Assembly (NCBI GenBank): GCA_000002435.2
Contig: CM018793.1
Direction: 5' to 3' (one strand)
DNA: 64,000 nucleotides
Source: Giardia intestinalis
Taxonomy: Eukaryota
The notes below the pieces were generated by a model that saw only the letters and a program-made list of their open reading frames with translations, had not been told where the DNA came from and did not search any database. The position numbers were made by a program, and so were the translations under genes. Shown here piece by piece: positions 46,330 to 56,700 of the stretch. Position 1 is the stretch's first letter. Each line of letters begins with the position of its first letter.

Positions 46330-48294
46330 ATGGCGGCGGGACCGACTCTTATCTCTCCACTGCGCTACACCGGCATAACTCCACTTGCAACTGACTTTCT
46401 GGGGATAAGCTATAAGGCGCAGCGTGATGAAGACGGCGCTCTTCTAGCGGTTCGTTACATCTCTGCAAAGGATGCAGAGGCTTGTGGTCACAGTCTCTCC
46501 TCTCTCTATGACTTGTACAAGGCACTGTCTTCTTCGCTGCTCCTCACAAAGAGCAATCTTGAGGCGGATGAAACGGGTGAGTGCCTTTTGACTTCCCTCC
46601 CACCCTTATATAGATGTTACCTGGAGAATGACTACCTTATCGTAGAACAGGGGCTAGCAAGCACGCGGTCTCTTTCGCAATACATCCGACGTCATAAAAA
46701 TTCCGGCGTTTCATTTCACGAGTCTGTGCTCTGGAAGGTTGCATCGCAGTTGCTCAAAGCACTGGTAGATTTGTATGCCATTGATCCACGAGTTTCATTA
46801 GGGCTACTGCTGTCATTGGGCGCAGATACCATTTCTGTCTATGCTGGATTCCAGCTGCAATTGGGGTTTGGCCTGCCATACACCGCCACAGCCATTGGGT
46901 CATCAAGGCCATCTACGGGTGCTTCTTATATCTCTTCTGTGGCAACCTTTCTTACAGCTCAGGACGATGTATGGCGCGTCTTGCAAGTACTTAATGCAAT
47001 GAGCCTTCTTGATCTTCGTGCGGGCAGTGAAATGCAGGCTTGCGCCAAGTATTCTCAGCAGTGGAGTAGCTTTCTAGCACGGCTGAGACAGGAGGCTGTT
47101 GATCCTAAGCTGGAAGGTATTTCCATTCTCGCCGACGAGGCTAATGCTGCAGCAGAGTCAACGCTACAGTTATATAAAGAAACAAATGCGCTGTTTCGTG
47201 AAATAAAAGGAAATAACTATGCTGTGATTGATGCTATTCTTCAGCAGAACTCGCATAGAACAGACTTTTTAGAGACCCCCAATGCCCTCGGCGAGACGGC
47301 CCTGGATTTGGCCGCTGCACATAACAATGCAACCATCATGGCGCTACTTTGTCGCTTTGTCCGCACTCACCGGTGCAAGGTCTGGATGACACCCTGTAGG
47401 ATAGACTCAGTTACCCCGCCGTCTCCAGGCCTTGTTACGTTGCATGCAGCTGCTGGGTGCAGTGATCGTACTAATGTTGAGGTGTTCGGTGGCCACAGCC
47501 GGCAAGTTATGAGAGACAATCCTTTTCGCACGTCTCTCGCTGCCATGCTTGCAGGTGAGTGCCACGATAATCTGGAACTGCTCCTTTGTGAAGTTGGCGT
47601 CTTTCTAAATAAGCACATCAGCCACCTATCTCTCTGTGCTATGAGTAGCAGCTCCCGTGGGGCCGGTGCAGACTGGTTTATTCCGGAGGTAGGGATCAAC
47701 GGATTCACTAACCTGATGCTCTACGCGGCCATTGGAGATGCAAGGTCTGTGTCTCATTACTTACACGAGGCCAAGGAGCAGACCACTATGGGTTACACTG
47801 CTCTCATGCTTGCTGCCTCCAATGGACACTTAGCCTGTGTCGATCTGCTTCTCAAGGAAGCCCGCGCAACCGACAATTATGGCTGGACAGCTCTCATGAT
47901 GGCGGCAGATAGCGGGCATGCTGATTGTGTTAGAAGTCTTCTTCCCTATGAAAAAGGTATAGTAAGAAGGGGAAACATGACACCTCTGATGTTTGCCGCT
48001 CAGGAGGGTCATGTAGAATGCGTACGCCTGCTTCTGGAAGACAAGGATAATCTTAACGCATTTACAGACGTGGAGTATGGCGGAGGAGAGGGAATCAATG
48101 CCCTTGTTATGGCTGCATGGAGTGGGCACTTGGAGTGTGTAAAACTCCTGAAGCCGTATCTGGGCAACTCTAGAAATCCTGCCGGCCAGTCACCTCTTGA
48201 GGTGCTCCAGGCATCTCGCGCTTCCCAGGAGGAAAACCTCTCTGAAAAGATGCTTGCTGTGCAGGCATGCATTGAATATCTGTTTACAGAATAG
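46330..48294 (+). CDS. ankyrin-repeat protein (protein 21.1 / NEK-like pseudokinase family) with a degenerate kinase-like N-terminus
   Basis: Four to five ankyrin repeats (TALMLAASNGHLACVDLLL, TALMMAADSGHADCVRSLL, TPLMFAAQEGHVECVRLLL, NALVMAAWSGHLECVKLL). The N-terminal ~250 aa are kinase-like but lack HRDLKP/DFG. Confidence 0.55.
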   Translation: MAAGPTLISPLRYTGITPLATDFLGISYKAQRDEDGALLAVRYISAKDAEACGHSLSSLYDLYKALSSSLLLTKSNLEADETGECLLTSLPPLYRCYLENDYLIVEQGLASTRSLSQYIRRHKNSGVSFHESVLWKVASQLLKALVDLYAIDPRVSLGLLLSLGADTISVYAGFQLQLGFGLPYTATAIGSSRPSTGASYISSVATFLTAQDDVWRVLQVLNAMSLLDLRAGSEMQACAKYSQQWSSFLARLRQEAVDPKLEGISILADEANAAAESTLQLYKETNALFREIKGNNYAVIDAILQQNSHRTDFLETPNALGETALDLAAAHNNATIMALLCRFVRTHRCKVWMTPCRIDSVTPPSPGLVTLHAAAGCSDRTNVEVFGGHSRQVMRDNPFRTSLAAMLAGECHDNLELLLCEVGVFLNKHISHLSLCAMSSSSRGAGADWFIPEVGINGFTNLMLYAAIGDARSVSHYLHEAKEQTTMGYTALMLAASNGHLACVDLLLKEARATDNYGWTALMMAADSGHADCVRSLLPYEKGIVRRGNMTPLMFAAQEGHVECVRLLLEDKDNLNAFTDVEYGGGEGINALVMAAWSGHLECVKLLKPYLGNSRNPAGQSPLEVLQASRASQEENLSEKMLAVQACIEYLFTE

Positions 48295-48327
48295 ATAGAC
48301 GCACTAGGAAAGAAAGCGACCAGCAGA

Positions 48328-49410
48328 TCACTCGTCTTCCTTTAGACTCTTGGAGCGGATCTCCTTCTTTTTCCTGAGAATCTCAGAGTAAAGTAAATCA
48401 CGATACTCGCTAACGCTCCTCTTATCATCGTCGTCTATACTTATCTTAATAGGGCCAGGGGCACTGGGCTCCGTAGCAGGATCATGGAACTTTGACAGGT
48501 AAGGGTGCTCCAGGGCTTGCTCTGCGGTCAGTCGCTTGTTGGGATTGAACTGGAGTAGCTTCTTGAGAAGGTCCAAAGCATCAGCAGGGGCATTGGGGTA
48601 GATCTCCGAGAGAGCCTTTCCAGTCTTTGGTTGAAGGCTGTCCAGCATCATGGACGCAAACGGAGACTCGGTCGCCTCAATGTCTTCCGGTGTCGGCCTT
48701 CCAGTGACCTCCATTATCTTGTCAAGCTGGTTCATGGTAGACGATCCTGGAAACATGGGAGACCCTCCAAGCATCTCCCCAAGGATGCAGCCGATAGCCC
48801 ACATGTCGACGCCCTTCGTATACCTTGTACAACCCAGAAGAATCTCGGGGGACCTGTACCAGCGCGTTGCAACATAGTCAGTAAGAATTGGGTTGGTCGC
48901 AGAGCTTGGCTCAGAAAGCGCAGCAATCGACCTTGCTAAGCCGAAATCCGCCATCTTCATGTGGCACTCAGAGTTGAGTAGGAGGTTAGAAGGCTTAAGA
49001 TCACGATGGAGTATCTCGGCAGAGTGAAGGTACTTGAGCGCCTTAACACACTGATAGATTATGTAGCGCTTGTGAATGTCCTCGAGGATATTGGACTTGA
49101 TCACCTGGTGCAGATCACTGTCCAGAAACTCAAATACCAGGTAGATGTCTTTGTCGTTCTCGGCCTTCAGCACGTTGAAGAGACGAATTATGTTATCGTG
49201 ATCTAGCTCCTGGAGGAACATTATCTCACGGAAGGTGCGCTGGGCATCGGTGTCGTTTTGGAAGGCTTGAAATATCTTCTTTAGGGCTACGGTCTCGTTA
49301 GTTTTCCTGTTCACCGCCTTCCAGACAACCCCATAGGCCCCCTTCCCGACGCGGTGGATTATCTCATATTTGCGGAGGACGTGGCGGTCTATCGATTCGT
49401 CGTCAGACAT
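48328..49410 (-). CDS. mitogen-activated protein kinase (ERK-like; TDY activation loop)
   Basis: GKGAYGVVWKA, HRDLKPSNLLL, MADFGLARS, TDYVATRWYRSPE and the MAPK C-lobe. Confidence 0.8.
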   Translation of the reverse strand: MSDDESIDRHVLRKYEIIHRVGKGAYGVVWKAVNRKTNETVALKKIFQAFQNDTDAQRTFREIMFLQELDHDNIIRLFNVLKAENDKDIYLVFEFLDSDLHQVIKSNILEDIHKRYIIYQCVKALKYLHSAEILHRDLKPSNLLLNSECHMKMADFGLARSIAALSEPSSATNPILTDYVATRWYRSPEILLGCTRYTKGVDMWAIGCILGEMLGGSPMFPGSSTMNQLDKIMEVTGRPTPEDIEATESPFASMMLDSLQPKTGKALSEIYPNAPADALDLLKKLLQFNPNKRLTAEQALEHPYLSKFHDPATEPSAPGPIKISIDDDDKRSVSEYRDLLYSEILRKKKEIRSKSLKEDE

Positions 49411-49529
49411 TTAAATTTGTCCGGCTTGAAATTCTAAAACACAGGATGCATGTTATATTAAACGAGGATTAATTTTATAAAAACTTGTCATTTATTAAAA
49501 CCTGGTGGGCGCAAAATCAGGTTGAAAAA

Positions 49530-49850
49530 ATGGCTACTCAGGCAGCGAGTCTCCAGACGTACAACAATGACCTAGTCAAACTCATAGAGTCTCTGAAGGA
49601 GGCGAAGGCTACGCTTGACCGAGAGATCCACAGCCACCAGGAGGACAAATCAAAGATCGAGCGTGATTTAGCTGCATTGCAGAACCGCTATAAAGAGCTT
49701 GATGCAGCCCTCATCCAAAAGACCCAGGCCCGTGCAGAATACGAGAAGACCATTCGTGAATCTGAATTAGCATACAATAGCATTATCGAGTCTGCAAAGA
49801 AGCTGACAGGCATCTTAAAGGATAGAGCGGGTAACATTATCAGCAACTGA
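49530..49850 (+). CDS. small coiled-coil protein (106 aa)
   Basis: Heptad-rich sequence. Start moved to ATG 49530 (gttgaaaaaaATGgct); the ORF-track start at 49485 lies within the AT-rich initiator region. Confidence 0.4.
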   Translation: MATQAASLQTYNNDLVKLIESLKEAKATLDREIHSHQEDKSKIERDLAALQNRYKELDAALIQKTQARAEYEKTIRESELAYNSIIESAKKLTGILKDRAGNIISN

Positions 49851-49965
49851 GACCGGCTGGGCCCTTCTTTCAGTAAATTGTTGCAGGTTTCTCAGAACAA
49901 CTGACTACGTTGAGGGGCTCTTGGAAGGGTACAGAAGACAGCCAGCTCTCCAAAAAACATTTCCA

Positions 49966-50850
49966 ATGCTACCTACTGGCGAGGTCGTGCAGTTCAACAG
50001 GAGAACACCTTTTCTTCATCAGCGCCCCGAACGGGAATATGTCCCAATCTCGCAGTGGGATGCCCTTGTCGTACCCCCCAATGGAGAGCACCCAAAGGCA
50101 TTCATGAAGCGTATTTCCGCTGCCTCGGAGACTGGAGATAACCTGTCTGAGTCGTTAATTAGAACACATGGATCGGGAGATATTGTGAGACGATTTCATC
50201 CCAATCACGGCACCACCACTATCGCGTTTTGTTTCCGTGGAGGCATTCTCTTGGCTGTAGATTCTCGATCCACGCAGGGCCAGTTTGTATCAAGTGGCGT
50301 TGTCCAGAAGGTCATCGAGATTACCCCGCATATCCTTGGCACCATCGCCGGTGTTGCTGGAGATTGCCAGTTCTGGGAGCGCGATCTCGGGAGAAAGTGT
50401 AGGTTGTACGAGCTTGAAAATGGCGAACGGATCTATGCGTCGTCTGCATCAAAGCTCTTTATCAGCACCCTTCATTCTCAGAGCGGTGCTGACATGTCTG
50501 TCGGCGCAATGATCAGTGGATTTGATTCCACAAACCACCCGTGCATATACTATTGTGATAGTGAAGGAACGCGCATAGGCGGGTACCTCTATGGCGCTGG
50601 CTCCGGGTCGACGTTTGCCTTTGGGATCGTGGACACGGAGTACGACTTTGAAATGACAGAAGAGCAGGCGATAGCTTTGGGGAAGAAGGCAATCTACCAC
50701 GCAGTATCCAGAGATGCGATGTCTGGAGGCATGCTCAACGTTTATGTGATCAGACCCGGCGGCTGGGAGCACGTGCTGGCCATGGATAACTATGAATACT
50801 ACAGAGCAATGCATCCAGACGCGCCGGCACTCCCTCCACCTCCACAGTAG
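49966..50850 (+). CDS. proteasome catalytic beta subunit (beta5/PSMB5-like)
   Basis: Propeptide ending HG|TTTIAFCFRGGILLAVDSR (Thr1), then GAGSGSTFAFGIVD and a beta-subunit fold. The ORF-track start at 49921 is TTG. First ATG at 49966 (caaaaaacatttccaATGcta); an alternative ATG lies at 50104. Confidence 0.75.
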   Translation: MLPTGEVVQFNRRTPFLHQRPEREYVPISQWDALVVPPNGEHPKAFMKRISAASETGDNLSESLIRTHGSGDIVRRFHPNHGTTTIAFCFRGGILLAVDSRSTQGQFVSSGVVQKVIEITPHILGTIAGVAGDCQFWERDLGRKCRLYELENGERIYASSASKLFISTLHSQSGADMSVGAMISGFDSTNHPCIYYCDSEGTRIGGYLYGAGSGSTFAFGIVDTEYDFEMTEEQAIALGKKAIYHAVSRDAMSGGMLNVYVIRPGGWEHVLAMDNYEYYRAMHPDAPALPPPPQ

Positions 50851-50885
50851 ATTCACTTAGTAAACTACGCGAGCCAAAATTTCCA

Positions 50886-52802
50886 ATGCTCCCCGATTTA
50901 GAAGGCATAGACTTTTTGCAGGTTGAGCGTGGACCCACGCTGACGCGGCATCTGGATAACCTCATATTTGAATTTATAACCTCAGAGACAGAGTTCCTGG
51001 AGCTCCTAACTTACCCCTCCTCTAGTCAAAGGGATCAGACACCAATACAATCCCCAACACTGCCTTCACCCCGGCATTCTCGGGCCCCGTCCGGAATACC
51101 ACACATAGAAAGACCATCACCCTCAATTCGGGGCGCGTGCCATCAAGATTTACAAACTTTTGGTAACACTTTTTTTCAGTCCACGAGCAGCATATACCAA
51201 GAACAAGAGGTACAGAGAGCATCGTCTGGCGTATCCACGAATGGAGATTCTAACCCCATCACCATTCCACTCAAGCAGTGGAAGATTACACTATATGGGC
51301 AGGTACCCATAAGCCCTATTCCAGAGCCCATCACAGAGTATGAGGAGCGTATAATAAAGAGCATTACAAACCGATACAGAATAGGGGTAGCACTTAAGGA
51401 TACCATCCCTCTGGTTGCATACAGCACACGAATGCAGATGCAGGAGACATATGGCAATCACCTTTCACGACACTCGACTTTTTATGGGGCAAATAGCGTC
51501 TATGATGAAAGCTCTTCCGTCTCTATTGCTGACTTTCTGTGTGAGGAGCTCTTTGGGATGCCGCGAGTCTTGGCCACATCATTGTTTCATGCTATTTATT
51601 CTAAAGACCCACCACCAGACGTAAGTGAGTTGTCGGAGCAGCACATACTTCACCTTCCAGATTCGTTGTCGACTAGTCTCATCGTTAGTGCGTACATGAC
51701 GCACTGCAGGGGCAAAACCTATGAGGAGCGATTCTATGCCTTGTTTTCAGACACAGAAGACCAGGGCAACTGTATTTCCTTGGCTAGGCTAGCACATATA
51801 CTGTTGAATGTTCTGGCATCACACAGTGCATATGCATTTGTAGAACCCTGCACCTACAAGTGCACATTTGCTACCATCGCTGCGACTCGGATCTTTTTTG
51901 ATGCGGATTTAGAAGGCAGATGGCATCTTGTATATGATACGACGTACCTCCGTCGCGGCATTTCTCTTCTGTCGTACCTGTGGTCAGCACAGGGTGCGGA
52001 GAGTATCGTGGGGGACACAGGGCCACTGGGATATGAAGCATTCTATGTAATATACTGCACCTTTGTTAAAAACAGCGACAACGACATAAAGGGAAAGATC
52101 ACAGAAGCACTTATGCTACAGTACAATGGAGAGACATATTCAAAAAGATTCGTCAACAGGCTTCTTAACGGCCAAGGAAGGCCCCTGTACAACCGTTACC
52201 CAAATGAAGCAGCCCTCTCCCTTGTAGACTTTACGGTCTTCATGCTGGCGGAGTGTGCTATAGACTCATATCCTGCTATACGATACTTTTTCAATCTAGC
52301 AGACGGAGATCACGACGGATTGCTATCTGTCGATGATATCAAGGTATGTCTGATCAAGCAAGCAGAGCAGTGGTCCTGCTATGGAATTGATTTGGCTGTG
52401 GACGAGGTTATATCTCAACTGATTGACATGATCTGTTTTGTGCCAGATGACTATGAAGACCCCGACACATATGGAGAGTCCCTCGCACGCCACAAACCCG
52501 TGTCTAACCATTTCTCTCACTTTGATAATGTGCCTAGGAACATATCTAGCACAGAGCGTGTCACAGACCTTGCCTTTTCCTTTGAGCAAATACTCCGTTG
52601 TGCCATGCCATATAATATCTTCAATGCCATGTTTAGCGTCAAGCGCTTCATATACTTCGAGCAGAGGGATCCCTACATAGGCAATCTCTGCGGGGATGTT
52701 AGGGTTAAGCGACCACTCCGAATTGCACATACAATGTCGAGCACCTGGGCCTCCTTCTCCCTCGCTGCATATGATCAGTTTATGATTGACAGCGAAGAGT
52801 AG
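50886..52802 (+). CDS. hypothetical protein with one EF-hand-like loop
   Basis: NLADGDHDGLLSVDDIKV resembles a DxDxDG calcium-binding loop. ATG preceded by ccaaaatttcca. Confidence 0.55.
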   Translation: MLPDLEGIDFLQVERGPTLTRHLDNLIFEFITSETEFLELLTYPSSSQRDQTPIQSPTLPSPRHSRAPSGIPHIERPSPSIRGACHQDLQTFGNTFFQSTSSIYQEQEVQRASSGVSTNGDSNPITIPLKQWKITLYGQVPISPIPEPITEYEERIIKSITNRYRIGVALKDTIPLVAYSTRMQMQETYGNHLSRHSTFYGANSVYDESSSVSIADFLCEELFGMPRVLATSLFHAIYSKDPPPDVSELSEQHILHLPDSLSTSLIVSAYMTHCRGKTYEERFYALFSDTEDQGNCISLARLAHILLNVLASHSAYAFVEPCTYKCTFATIAATRIFFDADLEGRWHLVYDTTYLRRGISLLSYLWSAQGAESIVGDTGPLGYEAFYVIYCTFVKNSDNDIKGKITEALMLQYNGETYSKRFVNRLLNGQGRPLYNRYPNEAALSLVDFTVFMLAECAIDSYPAIRYFFNLADGDHDGLLSVDDIKVCLIKQAEQWSCYGIDLAVDEVISQLIDMICFVPDDYEDPDTYGESLARHKPVSNHFSHFDNVPRNISSTERVTDLAFSFEQILRCAMPYNIFNAMFSVKRFIYFEQRDPYIGNLCGDVRVKRPLRIAHTMSSTWASFSLAAYDQFMIDSEE

Positions 52803-52807
52803 ACCAT

Positions 52808-53398
52808 TCACTTCACTGATCGCTGGAATTCATGCAGCTCCCCTTCCTCTTCTTCCTCCTGTCCCTGCTCGTCATCCTCTCCTTCATCAATGATCGTCCG
52901 CAAGAGTTCAGTATATGGTTCTTCCTTGACATCTTCCCAGCTGTTACGCGTGCACATCGAAACGCGCAAATTGTACGTGTGTCTATCATTAACAAAGAGT
53001 GCTGCGGCCTCGTTGTTGGCCGGAGACATCGGATTGGGATCCGTAAGAAGAGACTGAATGGAGAGAAGGATAGCCGAAACACCTAGCGCAGGGGTCCACT
53101 TGGTGGAGAGTAGATCAAGACAGATGTTTCCGTTATTGAAAATATTAGGGTGGAACATCTTTGTCAGGACCTTGACAGCAGGCGGCTTGGTGGGATACTC
53201 ACTCGTGAACTTAAGCTCCAGGCGGATGACGGCTCCCTCCCAAGGAGTTTGAGAGGGGCCTATTATGATTGCTGCCCACCGGAAAAGGTCGTCTTTATAA
53301 GGGCTTGCAATTATGTTCTCAGGTGGTGAAGACGCTATCGCCTTGTAGTCCAAGATGAGCCGCTTCTGTGCCGTTGCATTGGAGTCGGCGGGTGGCAT
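52808..53398 (-). CDS. ubiquitin-conjugating enzyme E2 with an acidic C-terminal tail (Cdc34/UBE2R-like)
   Basis: UBC core FHPNIFNNGNICLDLLSTKWTPALGV; tail DEGEDDEQGQEEEEEGE. The ORF-track start at 53614 is TTG; first ATG at 53398. Confidence 0.8.
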   Translation of the reverse strand: MPPADSNATAQKRLILDYKAIASSPPENIIASPYKDDLFRWAAIIIGPSQTPWEGAVIRLELKFTSEYPTKPPAVKVLTKMFHPNIFNNGNICLDLLSTKWTPALGVSAILLSIQSLLTDPNPMSPANNEAAALFVNDRHTYNLRVSMCTRNSWEDVKEEPYTELLRTIIDEGEDDEQGQEEEEEGELHEFQRSVK

Positions 53399-53507
53399 TT
53401 TATGAGCGAAAGAATTCAGGTAATAATGTAATATTTCAGCTCTTTTTTCTTGTACTCTTGTTAACAGTTTTGAATCAAAATTGGGCCTCCTGCATTTTTT
53501 TGAATCG

Positions 53508-53717
53508 ATGGCTCGTGCCCACGGTGGTCTTACCAGCGCCGGAAAGGTCCGCAAGTGCACTCCGAAGAAGGAGAAGAAGGAGAAGCCCCGCCCGCCTCGT
53601 GGGCGTGCATACAAGCGTCTGCTCTATAACAAGAACTTCGTGGATGATACCCTCATACACAACGGGCGCCGCCTCGGCCCCAACAACCTCTTGATCCGCC
53701 AGAAGCTCGGATTTTAG
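53508..53717 (+). CDS. RPS30: 40S ribosomal protein S30 (eS30)
   Basis: MARAHGGLTSAGKVRKCTPKKEKKEKPRPPRGRAYKRLLYNKNFV matches eS30 (KVHGSLARAGKVRGQTPKV..KKK..GRAKRRMQYNRRFV). AGTAAAC follows 10 nt after the stop. Confidence 0.85.
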   Translation: MARAHGGLTSAGKVRKCTPKKEKKEKPRPPRGRAYKRLLYNKNFVDDTLIHNGRRLGPNNLLIRQKLGF

Positions 53718-53726
53718 GTGGTTCGG

Positions 53727-53733
53727 AGTAAAC
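53727..53733 (+). promoter_or_regulatory. polyadenylation signal AGTAAAC 9 nt after the RPS30 stop
   Basis: AGTRAAY consensus. Confidence 0.5.
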
Positions 53734-53769
53734 CGTGTCTGGCAGTGGTCGTGGCATTTGTTAGCTTAT

Positions 53770-56700
53770 TTACTGGGTTAGTCCCTCTTCGAGGGAGCGC
53801 ATGATCTCCAGGCATCCCAGGGCGGTCCGCGCCTCTTCCTCCTGTTTTCTGAGAGTTTCATGGATGAGTTTCTGCGCCTTCCTGATCAGCACGGCAAGCC
53901 CCTGGGTGTTAGCGGCCTTAGCAAAGTAACGGGTGATTAGGAATGTGGCGCATCGAACTATAAAGTCTGCTGGTTGATACTTCTGATCGAGCATTTGCGA
54001 AAGGAGATCTAAAAGGGTTCGTGCAGACTCCACTGTTATGCTCGACAGAGCATCCAAAAGAACCTCGTGCCTAATCTCAGTCCGTATAACGGATAGAAGA
54101 TATTCTAGAGGAGGCTTTCCGTACGTTGCCAGGTGACTAGTGGGATCGTTACAAGATTTGGACTCGGGCCTAGAAGCCAGCTCGTTGCTTACAAGCATTA
54201 CCGCTTCCATGAGGATGTCTCCTGCATTCTTCCCGTCACGCGATGCTTGTAATTTGCTGGGATCTTCCCAACCTAGGGTCTTCTCCTCCTCCTTTGTCAT
54301 GGCTTCATGCAACCGCTTCTGCTCTTCTAGCCGGACGTTAATAAGATCATCTGTTTGTATCCACTGTCGAATTGCTTTATCGTGTCCTACAGAAATGACA
54401 AAGCGTCCTGCACTGCTGACACATAGGGATGTGCACTCGCCAAAGTGTCCTCTGGAAAAATAGGAGCCAGATCTACCCTCTCCCAAGATTGAAATCAAAA
54501 GGAAGCTATCGAGGTCCCAATAGGAGAGTCTTCCGTCTCGAGAAGCGGCTAGTCCAAGCCGGGTATCTCGGATGAACTGGATGTCGGTGAACGGGGAATC
54601 GAAGCGGATGAGCTTCTGACACTCTCCGAAGTTGAGGCCCCATATTCTTATGGTCTTGTCCAGACTGCACGTGACTAGCTTTTCTGCAGTTGACGAAAGG
54701 GCCATTGATGTAATGGGCATACTATGGCCATACAGTACCAGTTTGAATCTAAGTGTGTCTAGAAAATAGATACGTACAGTGTTGTCATAAAGAGCACAAA
54801 GAATATGCTTTTGCGGACTGTCGATACGTATCACACCAACAGAATGCCCAGCATCGAATTCGCGCTCTAAGTTGAGAGAAACGCCACCGTCCTCTGTTAC
54901 TCCAAAGGACCAAAACTTAACAAATCCGTCTTCAGAGCTACTGATTAGTTGTCCCCCTGAGAGCTGAAGGTCTGTGATGCGCTTGGCGTGAGCATCCACA
55001 AGATCAACGACCTCGGCAGCAATATTATTAATCAGTCCCAGTATTCCGCCACTATCTGCCACGACAGAGTACTTATTCCCTGCAAGAATTACTACCCGTG
55101 TGGGTGTCTTCATAGTTTTGGGAAGAGAGATAGTTGTAATGCAGATAAACTTTCGGATGTTCCACAACTTCACCTCTCCCTGACTACACGTTGCAACGAT
55201 TGTGTCATCGAAACTTAGAGATGCATGGTGAATGACATGTCTGTGGCCTTGGAGAGCTATTTCCAACGTTTCTTCATATGTGTAAAAGGAATCCCGAAGT
55301 GCCTCAGTGCCTCTTCCAGATCCACCTGCAGTAACTCCTTTCACCGCCGCATTGGCGGCATCTCTAACCAAAACACGGAAGATTTTTAAGAAATTAAGAG
55401 AGCTAACTAGGCATACGCTGTTCTGCTTTGGAATCCAAGCTGCATCTATCAGCTTTTCCCCGTAAGGTGATTTTATGAGCAGTGAAGAGGTAAGAAAGTC
55501 ATTTGTCTGAACAGCACGGCTTGTGGACTTCAATAGAACAGCACTTTCTGAGAGCAAGTGTGGCTTCATGGTGTCTTCTACCTCATATTGAGCTGCCTCC
55601 TTGTCAATCTTACACGCAGCAAGCAGTTTCTCAACCTTTTGCCTAGCATACTTTTGAAGTCTACGCTTTGCTGCTTTGAACACGTGCTCCATCGAGCCTA
55701 CCTTGTACAGCTCAACACTTTTGGTGCTCACCACGAGAAGCGCAAGGACAATCTCGCCTAGTTTGGCGCCTAGCTGCGTTTGCACAAGCTTAATGGACAC
55801 AGTGGGCTCCGTGGAAGTCTTGTCCATACGACCCATATACTTGAGAAGCTTTCTGTCGCTATCCAGAAGAGTCTTCGCCTCTTGAATCGTGTCTACATTT
55901 TGAATCATTCTAGCACGGTCATCGTTGAGAGCATTTGAGAGGTCTGATGCAATTACAGGCGCATTCGAGTCTTGACTATCAGGGTGATGCCCAAGCCTAT
56001 GCAGAAGGGCAAGGTATTTAAATGCAAGACTGTTGGGCTCTGTAATCTCAGAGAGAATCTCGAGGATGGTCCTCATAGGAGGAAGGGCGTGCGTGGACCA
56101 GGCGTGAATTGAATTGTCTGCACAGCCAACAAAAACAAACCATGTGTATGGCTCGTCACTTTGTGAGTCCACGACACTGTCAGGCTGCATAGTGTGATTA
56201 GGTATTACCGGCTTATCTGTCCTGAGTTCCTTGTCAATCTTTTCTCTCTTTCTAGGCCGTGACTCGGAAGCTTGAGTACTGTCAGAGCTGCTCATCTTTT
56301 TCTCAATGTACACGCAAAGAGCACGAACTTCAGTGTTGCATTCTACCAGAGTCTGAAGCTTTGCCCGCGTGCTCAAATCCCAGAGAACAACTAGCATATC
56401 ACGAGACGCCGAAAGAAGATATTTAGTTCCCATAGTAGCTATCCGCGTAATTGGGCCAGAGTGTCCTCCAGTCAATTTGGATGTGATGCTCCCTTCGACT
56501 AAATCGTGTACAAAGATTTCTGAACTTGCGGTTCCTGCGAAGAGGAAGAGCCCGTCATCTGAAAAGCTAAGCGCCGTAATCGCACTGTTAGAGGGCAGAA
56601 AGCTATGAGTAAGATTAACCATCGGGAGATCGGTATCAAAGGCCAGGACACGGCCATTGCTCATTCCAACAGCAGCGACGTTCTTTCTAGAGTGGTGAAT

